DNA of 64,000 nt from Phaeosaccion multiseriatum. Taxonomy: Eukaryota > Protista > Ochrophyta, other classes. The stretch is from NCBI GenBank assembly GCA_965112735.1, contig OZ218957.1:1488001-1552000 (forward strand). The letters are read 5' to 3'. How positions within the stretch are numbered: position 1 is the stretch's first letter; each line of letters starts with the position of its first letter. The notes below the pieces were generated by a model, which made no database searches, had not been told where the DNA came from, and saw only the letters and a list, made by a program, of their open reading frames with translations. This document shows positions 23,801-35,760 of the stretch, one piece after another. Both the position numbers and the translations under genes were made by a program.

Positions 23801-26800
23801 CAGGGGGAGATAGCACACGCACGCAAGGAACCACAGCAGCAGCAGCGAGACGAGGGGGAGGAGGACGGAGCAGAGGCCAAGGAGGTAGCGGCGGGGACGG
23901 AGGGGACGGAGAAGGGCCAGCCAACGACGATACACCCGAGGAAGGATGGCCCATGCAGCACCCAAACGTCCTCCGCCTAGGGGCCCTGGACCCGCAGGGT
24001 ACCATCCTCTCAACACTCGTGTTTGAGACAGTAGCGCAGTGCAACCCCCGCCACGTAAGCTTGATTATCAGCTTACAGCAAAGAGCGCTCAACAACTGGA
24101 ACAGGGCGCTGAGGGCCCACAAGAACGGCCCCACCGACGCCACCCTCCACACCCTTCTGGCATGGGATGTCTTCCACCACCTCCTCCCTGCCATGCTCTT
24201 CTCTAAAGACGGAGCCTACAGCCGCCAGCAGCGGATACAGATGGTCCTCGACCTCGACATCGCCCCACTCGCACAAGCAGCGATAGCCACAGCACACGCA
24301 CGCCGCCCACCACCCCCAGCACAGGCACAGACAGAGGAGCGACGGAGAGAAACCTGCGCCCACCTGCTCACCAAACCCGGAGGCCTGCACAAGGCCGCGG
24401 CGAGGCTCAGCACAAAGAGCAGAGACGGCCACCTCCCTCCCACACACGAGACCTTTCGACGCCTCCAGCAAGCGCACGTCGACGAGAGCCTCGAAGAGAT
24501 CAACACAGCAGCAACAGCAGCCAGGGAGTACGCCAGAACCCAGGTGCAGGAGCACCCCGAGAATGGCAACGACGTCACCAGAGAGGAGATCAGCACAGCC
24601 ATGCTGCTGACCTACCGGAGGGTCAACTACTGGAAGGGCCAAGGAGCAGACGGGCGCAGGGCGAGCCACGTCAAGTACCCCCGGACAGCCCCCAGGAGTA
24701 CGCAATCGTGGAGGCTCTGACTGACACCTACGAGCTGCTCCGAACGGGGGACACTCCACTGCCTCCACAGCTCGCCAAACGGTGGTTCAGCACCAGCGCC
24801 GCAGCCCTCGGCGAGAAAGCGCGTCCTGTGACATCCCCCAACCTCTACCGCAGCCTCGTGGAGAGCTGTCACATGAAGCTCATCGCGGACAGGGTGGGCC
24901 CAGAGCTCAGAAGCGCAGGACAGCTAGCGGTAGCGGTCAGAGGCGGAGGGGAAACACACGCCGCAGCAGCCCAGCTAGCGCACGATGCCGGCAAAACCGT
25001 CGTGCTGCATGACATCACCAAGGCCTACACCCGCGTGTCGCGTGCCAGAGGCGTCCTAGCCTCAGGCGCACTCCCTACCATCGACCCAGCAGGCATCAAC
25101 TACGCCATCGCCAGCCTCTCCCACGCCTCCGCCCACAACGCCCTCACACCAGACGGCACCCAGACCATCCACCAGAGCTCCGGAGTCAACCAAGGAGCAC
25201 CAGAAGGGCCTCTCATGTTCGCAGCCGCCATCCACCCAGTGCTGAAAGTTCAGAACACAGCCGACACCGCAGCGAACCGCCCCACCATCTCCGCCTACGC
25301 AGACGACCTCATGGACCAGCTGGAACCCGACGCACCCCTACAGACCTACGCCCCACGCCATGCCCATCTCCAAGCCCAATTCCGAGGCTTGGGCCTCGAG
25401 TTCAACGAGAGGAAAACGGTTTACCTCATGGGCAAAGGCAAACAGCCAACACAGGCTGACAGGGACCACGCCCAACGGCAGGGCGCCACACTTGCCACCG
25501 AGGGTACCGTGGTAGCCGGCATCCCCGTCGGCACAGAGGAGTACATCGAAGAGTACCTCCGCAACATCCTCGGCCAAGAAGACCCCAGGGGCTACCTCCA
25601 ACTCGCCAAACACTGCAGCGAGTGGGACAACACCCAGGCGGCCACCCTCGTCCTCCTCCAATGCCTCCCAGCCAGGCTCACACACCTGGCGAGAGCCATT
25701 GACCCCTCCATCTTCCGACGCGCCCTCGGCAGCAGGGCAGACCGCACCAACAGGGCGACACTGGCCCACATCATGCGACTCCCCGATGCCCCCCCTCTGG
25801 AGCAGGCCGCAGATGCACAAGAGGAGCCATGGACGGAGACACAGCGCCTACAAATGCATACGGCACGGCGCTTCGGCGGCCTCGGCCTCACCAGCCTCCA
25901 CGACATCGCCCCAGCAGCATACCTTGGCAACACGATGCTCACCCTCCCCCCCCTGCTCAGCCGCACCGCACGCCGGGAAGGCTCCCAAGAGAGCGCCCTA
26001 CCGGACCAGCTGTTCACCAACGGAGCCCTCAAGAGCGTCGCCGACAGCGTCAACCTCCTGCACGAGGAGGGGGTCCCTGAGGCCCCCCTCATCCAAGCAG
26101 TGGGTCAGGCACAGTTCGACGAGGCCCGCTCACGCGTACTCGAGCCGCCTGACCACCAAGCCCAAGACACAGCGCGACGCAACGTGCGCAGGAGCCATCA
26201 GGCAGGCCGTCAACCGACCCACGGCGTCCAGAAGGCCCTCACCACCTTCATCCACAAACGCCGCCATGAGGAGCTGACGCAGAGCATCGCCACCATCGAC
26301 GTCACACCGGCAGAGGCACAGAGGGGAGAGGAGACACAGGAAATGGCAACAGCCCGACTCCACTCACAGCGAGGAAGGGGCGCCATGGCCTTCCTCGGAG
26401 CGCTCCCCCACGGCCACAACACCATGGCCCCCGCAGAATGGACCATGGCCCTTCGTCGCAACCTCGGTGTCAACACGCCATACGCGGACCCGCCCCCACC
26501 CTGCCTCGGCACAGGCTGCGCCCGCACGGCAAGCACCACCCACGCCACCATCTGCCCCCGCACCGGCCTCCACAACCACACACACCACCTCCTCGTCAAG
26601 GCCTTCGGGAGGATGATGCACAGCGTGGGCATTGGAGGAGCACGTGTAGAGGACCAGACCTGCTTCGACGGCCCCACGGGCACCCGAGCAGGCCGAGACC
26701 TACGCATGGATCTGACCTATCCCGCAGGTAGCTTCCCGGGAGCGGACGCACCCCTGCGGAGAAACCTCCTCTGCGACATCACCGTCACCAACCCCACCGC

Positions 26801-27524
26801 CCCCACCCACGTGGGACGGGCCTCCACCACGCCAGGCCACGCAGCAGCCGCCGCCGAAGAGCGCAAGCGCATTCACTACCTGGGCAGTTTTCTGCCCGGG
26901 ACTTCAACCCTGAAGTGCATTGCAATCGAGACGTACGGCAGACTGGGCCACCAAACGGACGAGCTCATCGAGGCGATGGCCATCCACAAGGCATCAAGAG
27001 GGCTCGGCCCCGCAGCGGCGGCAGCCACGGGCCCCATCAAGGGCCTCCTGCGCCAACAACTGTCCCTCGCCCTTCAACGCGCCCTCTCACAGCGGGAGAT
27101 CAGGTATGGCACCCTCCTTCGAGCCACGATGACGCAGCACGAAGCAGCAGAAACCCTCGACTGGGGGCTCATGGGAGCCATCGACGGAGCGGCCGCCTGA
27201 GGAGCAGGAGTACACCAGCCAGCAGACAGCGAGACCATCAGCACACAGCATAGCAACCACAGTTAGTCACGCCTTGTCACCCGCACCACCCACAGTAGGA
27301 TAGTTCACATATCACCTCCACCACCTCACTCCTTCCCACACCCCTTCATCTCCTCCTCCCCCCCTCACTCCCTTCCCATTCCCCATTATCCTCTACTCTA
27401 CCACCCTTACCATCCTCTTCCCCTCCACATCACGCTCCATCAATACCACACATACACGCATCTACACATGGTTACAACTTACCTCGAGCGCTCCAATACT
27501 GAGCCCATAAGCTCTAATATACAT
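20801..27524 (+). mobile_element. Non-LTR retrotransposon, CRE-clade-like (RT + RLE), insertion 1, full length (~6.7 kb)
   Basis: 5' end T7-CTGCTTAAGACAGGGCCACC-ATG; 3' end CCCATAAGCTCTAATATACAT; CTCACAC on both flanks. ORF 20828-27200 has two 1-nt frameshifts (~22737, ~24680). Confidence 0.93.
20828..27200 (+). pseudogene. Retrotransposon polyprotein (C2H2/C4 zinc fingers, 2 RING, RT, RLE), frameshifted
   Basis: ORFs 20828-22978, 22447-24720 and 24708-27200 together reproduce the 55033-61419 protein. RT motifs QLAVAVRGGGE, HDITKAY, GVNQGAPEGPLMF, AYADD, RFGGLGL. Confidence 0.9.
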
Positions 27525-27610
27525 CTCACACCCCTCCACAGTACACATCTTTCTCACAGCTCCGTGCCTCTTGCATAATCCTCCCTGCTGTGACTGCTTC
27601 TCACACCCCT

Positions 27611-30600
27611 ACCACCCCCACGGGCAGAGGAGGAGGGCGAGGGCACGCGGAAGGAGGAGGAGGAGGAGGAGGAGGAGGAGGAGCAATCGCAGCAGCGCCA
27701 AGTGGAGTAGAAGGAGGAAGAGGAGGACGAGGGAGGGGGGAAGGAAACGGACAAGGAGCAGCAGCAGAGAGGGGACCTCAGAGAGAAAGGGCAGGGGGAG
27801 ATAGCACACGCACGCAAGGAACCACAGCAGCAGCAGCGAGACGAGGGGGAGGAGGACGGAGCAGAGGCCAAGGAGGTAGCGGCGGGGACGGAGGGGACGG
27901 AGAAGGGCCAGCCAACGACGATACACCCGAGGAAGGATGGCCCATGCAGCACCCAAACGTCCTCCGCCTAGGGGCCCTGGACCCGCAGGGTACCATCCTC
28001 TCAACACTCGTGTTTGAGACAGTAGCGCAGTGCAACCCCCGCCACGTCAGCTCGATTATCAGCTTACAGCAAAGAGCGCTCAACAACTGGAACAGGGCGC
28101 TGAGGGCCCACAAGAACGGCCCCACCGACGCCACCCTCCACACCCTTCTGGCATGGGATGTCTTCCACCACCTCCTCCCTGCCATGCTCTTCTCTAAAGA
28201 CGGAGCCTACAGCCGCCAGCAGCGGATACAGATGGTCCTCGACCTCGACATCGCCCCACTCGCACAAGCAGCGATAGCCACAGCACACGCACGCCGCCCA
28301 CCACCCCCAGCACAGGCACAGACAGAGGAGCGACGGAGAGAAACCTGCGCCCACCTGCTCACCAAACCCGGAGGCCTGCACAAGGCCGCGGCGAGGCTCA
28401 GCACAAAGAGCAGAGACGGCCACCTCCCTCCCACACACGAGACCTTTAGACGCCTCCAGCAAGCGCACGTCGACGAGAGCCTCGAAGAGATCAACACAGC
28501 AGCAGCAGCAGCCAGGGAGTACGCCAGAACCCAGGTGCAGGAGCACCCCGAGAATGGCAACGACGTCACCAGAGAGGAGATCAGCACAGCCATGCTGCTG
28601 ACCTACCGGAGGGTCAACTTCTGGAAGGGCCAAGGAGCAGACGGGCGCAGGGCGAGCCACGTCAAGTACCCCCGGACAGCCCCCAGGAGTACGCAATCGT
28701 GGAGGCTCTGACTGACACCTACGAGCTGCTCCGAACGGGGGACACTCCACTGCCTCCACAGCTCGCCAAACGGTGGTTCAGCACCAGCGCCGCAGCCCTC
28801 GGCGAGAAAGCGCGTCCTGTGACATCCCCCAACCTCTACCGCAGCCTCGTGGAGAGCTGTCACATGAAGCTCATCGCGGACAGGGTGGGCCCAGAGCTCA
28901 GAAGCGCAGGACAGCTAGCGGTAGCGGTCAGAGGCGGAGGGGAAACACACGCCGCAGCAGCCCAGCTAGCGCACGATGCCGGCAAAACCGTCGTGCTGCA
29001 TGACATCACCAAGGCCTACACCCGCGTGTCGCGTGCCAGAGGCGTCCTAGCCTCAGGAGCACTCCCTACCATCGACCCAGCAGGCATCAACTACGCCATC
29101 GCCAGCCTCTCCCACGCCTCCGCCCACAACGCCCTCACACCAGACGGCACCCAGACCATCCACCAGAGCTCCGGAGTCAACCAAGGAGCACCAGAAGGGC
29201 CTCTCATGTTCGCAGCCGCCATCCACCCAGTGCTGAAAGTTCAGAACACAGCCGACACCGCAGCGAACCGCCCCACCATCTCCGCCTACGCAGACGACCT
29301 CATGGACCAGCTGGAACCCGACGCACCCCTACAGACCTACGCCCCACGCCATGCCCATCTCCAAGCCCAATTCCGAGGCTTGGGCCTCGAGTTCAACGAG
29401 AGGAAAACGGTTTACCTCATGGGCAAAGGCAAGCAGCCAACACAGGCTGACAGGGACCACGCCCAACGGCAGGGCGCCACACTTGCCACCGAGGGTACCG
29501 TGGTAGCCGGCATCCCCGTCGGCACGGAGGAGTACATCGAAGAGTACCTCCGCAACATCCTCGGCCAAGAAGACCCCAGGGGCTACCTCCAACTCGCCAA
29601 ACACTGCAGCGAGTGGGACAACACCCAGGCGGCCACCCTCGTCCTCCTCCAATGCCTCCCAGCCAGGCTCACACACCTGGCGAGAGCCATTGACCCCTCC
29701 ATCTTCCGACGCGCCCTCGGCAGCAGGGCAGACCGCACCAACAGAGCGACAATGGCCCACATCATGCGACTCCCCGATGCCCCCCTCTGGAGCAGGCCGC
29801 AGATGCACAAGAGGAGCCATGGACGGAGACACAGCGCCTACAAATGCATACGGCACGGCGCTTCGGCGGCCTCGGCCTCACCAGCCTCCACGACATCGCC
29901 CCAGCAGCATACCTTGGCAACAAGATGCTCACCCTCCCCCCCTGCTCAGCCGCACCGCACGCCGGGAAGGCTCCCAAGAGAGCGCCCTACCGGACCAGCT
30001 GTTCACCAACGGAGCCCTCAAGAGCGTCGCCGACAGCGTCAACCTCCTGCACGAGGAGGGGGTCCCTGAGGCCCCCTCATCCAAGCAGTGGGTCAGGCAC
30101 AGTTCGACGAGGCCCGCTCACGCGTACTCGAGCCGCCTGACCACCAAGCCCAGGACACAGCGCGACGCAACGTGCGCAGGAGCCATCAGGCAGGCCGTCA
30201 ACCGACCCACGGCGTCCAGAAGGCCCTCACCACCTTCATCCACAAACGCCGCCATGAGGAGCTGACGCAGAGCATCGCCACCATCGACGTCACACCGGCA
30301 GAGGCACAGAGGGGAGAGGAGACACAGGAAATGGCAACAGCCCGACTCCACTCACAGCGAGGAAGGGGCGCCATGGCCTTCCTCGGAGCGCTCCCCCACG
30401 GCCACAACACCATGGCCCCCGCAGAATGGACCATGGCCCTTCGTCGCAACCTCGGTGTCAACACGCCATACGCGGACCCGCCCCCACCCTGCCTTGGCAC
30501 AGGCTGCGCCCGCACGGCAAGCACTACCCACGCCACCATCTGCCCCCGCACCGGCCTCCACAACCACACACACCACCTCCTCGTCAAGGCCTTCGGGAGG

Positions 30601-31512
30601 ATGATGCACAGCGTGGGCATTGGAGGAGCACGTGTAGAGGACCAGACCTGCTTCGACGGCCCCACGGGCACCCGAGCAGGCCGAGACCTACGCATGGACC
30701 TGACCTATCCCGCAGGTAGCTTCCCGGGAGCGGACGCACCCCTGCGGAGAAACCTCCTCTGCGACATCACCGTCACCAACCCCACCGCCCCCACTCACGT
30801 GGGACGGGCCTCCACCACGCCAGGCCACGCAGCAGCCGCCGCCGAAGAACGCAAGCGCACCCACTACCTGGGCAGTTTTCTGCCCGGGACTTCAACCCTG
30901 AAGTGCATTGCAATCGAGACGTACGGCAGACTGGGCCACCAAACGGACGAGCTCATCGAGGCGATGGCCATCCACAAGGCATCAAGAGGGCTCGGCCCCG
31001 CAGCGGCGGCAGCCACGGGCCCCATCAAGGGCCTCCTGCGCCAACAACTGTCCCTCGCCCTTCAACGCGCCCTCTCACAGCGGGAGATCAGGTATGGCAC
31101 CCTCCTTCGAGCCACCATGACGCAGCACGAAGCAGCAGAAACCCTCGACTGGGGGCTCATGGGAGCCATCGACGGAGCGGCCGCCTGAGGAGCAGGAGTA
31201 CACCAGCCAGCAGACAGCGAGACCATCAGCACACAGCATAGCAACCACAGTTAGTCACGCCTTGTCACCCGCACCACCCACAGTAGGCTAGTTCACATAT
31301 CACCTCCACCACCTCACTCCTTCCCACACCCCTTCATCTCCTCCTCCCCCCTTCACTCCCTTCCCATTCCCCATTATCCTCTACTCTACCACCCTTACCA
31401 TCCTCTTCCCCTCCACCTCACGCTCCATCAATACCACACATACACGCATCTACATATGGTTACAACTTACCTCGAGCGCTCCAATACTGAGCCCATAAGC
31501 TCTAATATACAT
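27611..31512 (+). mobile_element. Retrotransposon insertion 2, 5'-truncated (~3.9 kb)
   Basis: Starts mid-ORF; canonical 3' end; 11-bp TSD CTCACACCCCT; several 1-nt frameshifts in C-runs. Confidence 0.92.
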
Positions 31513-31669
31513 CTCACACCCCTTCACAGTACACGTCTTTCTCACAGCTCCGTGCCTAGTGCATAATCCTCCCTGCTGTGACTGCTTCTGGCACCCCTCC
31601 ACGGTACACCTCTTGACCACAGCTCCGTGCCTAATGCATAATCCTCCCCGCTGCGACTGCTTCCCACAC

Positions 31670-32497
31670 GACCTACGCATGGATCTGACCTATCCCGCAG
31701 GTAGCTTCCCGGGAGCGGACGCACCCCTGCGGAGAAACCTCCTCTGCGACATCACCGTCACCAACCCCACCGCCCCCACCCACGTGGGACGGGCCTCCAC
31801 CACGCCAGGCCACGCAGCAGCCGCCGCCGAAGAGCGCAAGCGCACGCACTCCCTGGGCAGTTTTCTGCCCGGGACTTCAACCCTCAAGTGCATTGCGATC
31901 GAGACGTACGGCAGACTGGGCCACCAAACGGACGAGCTCATCGAGGCGATGGCCATCCACAAGGCATCAAGAGGGCTCGGCCCCGCAGCGGCGGCAGCCA
32001 CGGGCCCCCTCAAGGGCCTCCTGCGCCAACAACTGTCCCTCGCCCTTCAACGCGCCCTCTCACAGCGGGAGATCAGGTATGGCACCCTCCTTCGAGCCAC
32101 GATGACGCAGCACGAAGCAGCAGAAACCCTCGACTGGGGGCTCATGGGAGCCATCGACGGAGCGGCCGCCTGAGGAGCAGGAGTACACCAGCCAGCAGAC
32201 AGCGAGACCATCAGCACACAGCATAGCAACCACAGTTAGTCACGCCTTGTCACCCGCACCACCCACAGTAGGATAGTTCACATATCACCTCCACCACCTC
32301 ACTCCTTCCCACACCCCTTCATCTCCTCCTCCCCCCCTCACTCCCTTCCCATTCCCCATTATCCTCTACTCTACCACCCTTACCATCCTCTTCCCCTCCA
32401 CATCACGCTCCATCAATACCACACATCCACGCATCTACACATGGTTACAACTTACCTCGAGCGCTCCAATACTGAGCCCATAAGCTCTAATATACAT
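31670..32497 (+). mobile_element. Retrotransposon insertion 3, 5'-truncated (RLE + 3' UTR)
   Basis: Canonical 3' end; the variant TSD CCCACAC is present on both sides. Confidence 0.92.
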
Positions 32498-33447
32498 CCC
32501 ACACCCCTCCACAGTACACATCTTGACCACAGCTCCATGCCCAGTGCATAATCCTCCTTGGACCCGATGCTTCTCACACCCCTCCACAGTGCACGTCTTA
32601 CGCATTCTCACAGCTCCGTGGCCCGAGCAAAGTGCGCCCTGCTGCGAATGCTTCTCACACCCCTCCCCAGTCCACGGTTTTGGATCCCGGCTGCGAGACA
32701 AGAGAGTCTTCTCCTCTGAGAGTTCTTCAACAGATGACGGGAGAAGAGGTTAGGGTATCATGCAGGGAACCCCAGCTCTGAGGAAAAGACCCTTCAACAC
32801 AAAACAAAGATTATCTCTCCTCAGGGCCTTTCCCTCAGAGTTCTCGCCGTAGTCCTGAAAGGCAGAGAGAAGTCTCCCCCGTTCACGCTCACCAGCTCTG
32901 AGAGGCTCCTCACCAAAAAAGTGGGAGGACTTGGCTGAAGGTTGAATCGATGAATCCTACGCAGGATGTCGTCGTCCTTGGGAGACAACCTCTCCCACCA
33001 CCACTTCCTCCCCTCCTCTCCCTCCGGGACGCAAACAGCTGAAGGCCTTGGCTTAGCGCCTCTAGCCGTATCACTCTCCAGTCCGTTGTAAAGAGAGGGA
33101 AAATACAGACCCCCAGCCTAAAGTTTGGGAGCAGGCGGAGTAACCTTTCCCTTCTCTTTCCAGAGCTTTTTTTTCTCTTCCCCCTAGTTTTCTCTCCCCG
33201 GTTTCTCTTTGCTCTTCTCTTCAACTCTCTCTCTCTCTTGTTTCTCCTCGCTCTTTCCCTCCCTCTCAGCAGCCGAACTTCACCACAACTGGAGGGGGCT
33301 GCTGCTGCGGGAACGCTAAAGGGTGGTGAGTGACGAGGAAGCGGGGGAGATATCCGGGGGAAGGAAGGGAATGGGGGCGAAAATGAGCTTCATTGACATA
33401 ATAGGAATCACCTTTAAGAAACTGATGAATTTCGTGCCATGAGGAGG

Positions 33448-34580
33448 AGAAGCAAGAAGCAAGGGAGCCTGTGGCTGCTGATGTGAATGACAGAGCATCG
33501 GGGGGCGAAGAGGTGGGCGGTCTGAGGCAGCGGAAAAACGACTCCAAGAAGAGCAAGTGATACTATTTATCGGACTGACGAAGCAAGTAAGTAAGTTAGT
33601 AAGGTACCACCACCGCCAAACACATCGCCCAAGTGCACACACAGCACGGGCGTTTTCGGGACCCACAGCCAGCAATGTTGCAAAAACCAAGAAATTGAAG
33701 GTGGCCCAGTGTTTCCTTGTTATTCGCTTCACCAACGATTCGTCCATTGCAAGAACCAAGCTTCACCGCGGCGAAGATAGGCAGGAGATGAGGTGGACGG
33801 CTTCGCGTCACTACATCACCAGTCCCGAGCTATCAGCACCAGCACAAGCTTCTGCCACGCCCCCCACACGCACGCACGCTCGCAGCGCCTTCCGTCCCCG
33901 CCTCTTCTTCTCGCTCGCCACCACCATGCCCTCCTCCAGCACCTCCCACTCGCCCTGCTGCTTCTCGTCATCCTCGTCACCCACTCCTCCTCCTGAGCGA
34001 TAGCGCTGGTAGGCAGACACAAAGCCTCGAATCGTGCTCTCCGCCCAGGCTGGTCCCCTTCCTCTTGGTGCGCACAGCGTAGTGGGGCAGCAGCAACACC
34101 TTACTCTGGCCCACAGACACCACCACGCCATTCGATAGCTCCATATCCCGGTGGCCCCAGCAGGCTATGGCAGCGTCGGCAGCAGCATCTTCCAGCTCTC
34201 TCCACAGACCATTGGGAAGCTGAATCTCATCCCCGACATGAAGCCCCAGCCTCGCAAGCAAACCTCCTCCATCCCCATCCTGCTCCGCTGCTTCCTTCCC
34301 TTCCTCTTGCCTCTCCCCTCCCTCCACTGAAGGGGGGAACTTCGCCCTCTTCCTGCCTCTCCTATCGATGTCGGTGGCAGCTCCTCGCTTGGGTTTAGGC
34401 GTGCCCTGGGTTATCTTCCCCGTCTGCTCCGCTCCCTCCCTTTGCATTCCAGCATGGCGTTTACACATCCCACCACATCCACCCTGGGCCTGCTTCTCAC
34501 ACCCCTCCACAGTACACATCTTTACTACAGCTCCATGCCTAATGCACAATCCTCCCTGTTGTGACAGCTTCTCACACCCC
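33448..34580. repeat. Segmental duplicate of about 19590-20720 (BAP31 3' end, intergenic DNA and zinc-finger gene 3' part)
   Basis: Near-identical sequence, including ...AAAAACGACTCCAAGAAGAGCAAGTGA. Confidence 0.92.
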
Positions 34581-35750
34581 ATGGCAGCAGCCCGACTCCA
34601 CTCACAGAGAGGACGGGGCGCCATGGCCTTCCTCGGAGCGCTCCCCCACGGCCACAACACCATGGCCCCCGCAGAATGGACCATGGCCCTTCGTCGCAAC
34701 CTCGGCGTCAACACGCCATACGCGGACCCGCCCCCACCCTGCCTCGGCACAGGCTGCGCCCGCACGGCAAGCACCACCCACGCCACCATCTGCCCCCGCA
34801 CCGGCCTCCACAACCACACACACCACCTCCTTGTCAAGGCCTTTGGGAGGATGATGCGCAGCGTGGGCATCGGAGGAGCACGCGTAGAGGACCAGACCTG
34901 CTTCGACGGCCCCACGGGCACCCGAGCAGGCCGAGACCTACGCATGGACCTCCCCTACCCCGCAGGCAGCTTCCCGGGAGCGGACGCACCCCTGCGGAGA
35001 AACCTCCTCTGCGACATCACCGTCACCAACCCCACCGCCCCCACCCACGTGGGACGGGCCTCCACCACGCCAGGCCACGCAGCAGCCGCCGCCGAAGAGC
35101 GCAAGCGCATTCACTACCTGGGCAGTTTTCTGCCCGGGACTTCAACCCTGAAGTGCATTGCAATCGAGACGTACGGCAGACTGGGCCACCAAACGGACGA
35201 GCTCATCGAGGCGATGGCCATCCACAAGGCATCAAGAGGGCTCGGCCCCGCAGCGGCGGCAGCCACGGGCCCCGTCAAGGGCCTCCTGCGCCAACAACTG
35301 TCCCTCGCCCTTCAACGCGCCCTTTCACAGCGGGAGATCAGGTATGGCACCCTCCTTCGAGCCACGATGACGCAGCACGAAGCAGCAGAAACCCTCGACT
35401 GGGGGCTCATGGGAGCCATCGACGGAGCGGCCGCCTGAGGAGCAGGAGTACACCAGACAGCAGACAGCGATACCATCAGCACACAGCATAGCAACCACAG
35501 TTAGTCACGCACCACCCACAGTAGGATAGTTCACATATCACCTCCACCACCTCACTCCTTCCCACACCCCTTCATCTCCTCCTCCTCCCTTCACTCCCTT
35601 CCCACTCCCCATTATCCTCTACTCTACCACCCTTACCATCCTCTTCCCCTCCACATCACGCTCCATCAATACCACACATACACGCATCTACACATGGTTA
35701 CAACTTACCTCGAGCGCTCCAATACTGAGCCCATAAGCTCTAATATACAT
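34581..35750 (+). mobile_element. Retrotransposon insertion 4, 5'-truncated
   Basis: Perfect 10-bp TSD CTCACACCCC at 34571-34580 and 35751-35760. Confidence 0.92.
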
Positions 35751-35760
35751 CTCACACCCC

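Larger units (their letters stand above)
19949..32686 (-). pseudogene. Zinc-finger repeat gene copy 1 (WRKY19-like C-x4-C-x9-C-x2-HG repeats plus a unique C-terminal domain), interrupted by three retrotransposon insertions. Coding pieces about 32686-32498, 31669-31513, 27610-27525 and 20796-19949
   Basis: Removing the insertions joins about 8 repeats of K(R/T/M)CTVEGCEKQSQQGGLC(T/I)RHGAV(V/R) to the C-terminal region ending GLVM*. Candidate acceptor tctcgcag at about 32687. Confidence 0.8.

Noticed and set aside
22447-24720. Multi-ORF organisation or programmed frameshifting in the retrotransposon
   Set aside because: Insertion 18 is a single open frame. The breaks differ between copies and lie in or beside G/C homopolymers, so they are mutations or sequencing errors.
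32710-33440. Possible gene or mobile element upstream of zinc-finger gene copy 1
   Set aside because: Only short motif-less ORFs and no terminal repeats; probably intron, 5' exon or promoter sequence that I cannot resolve.
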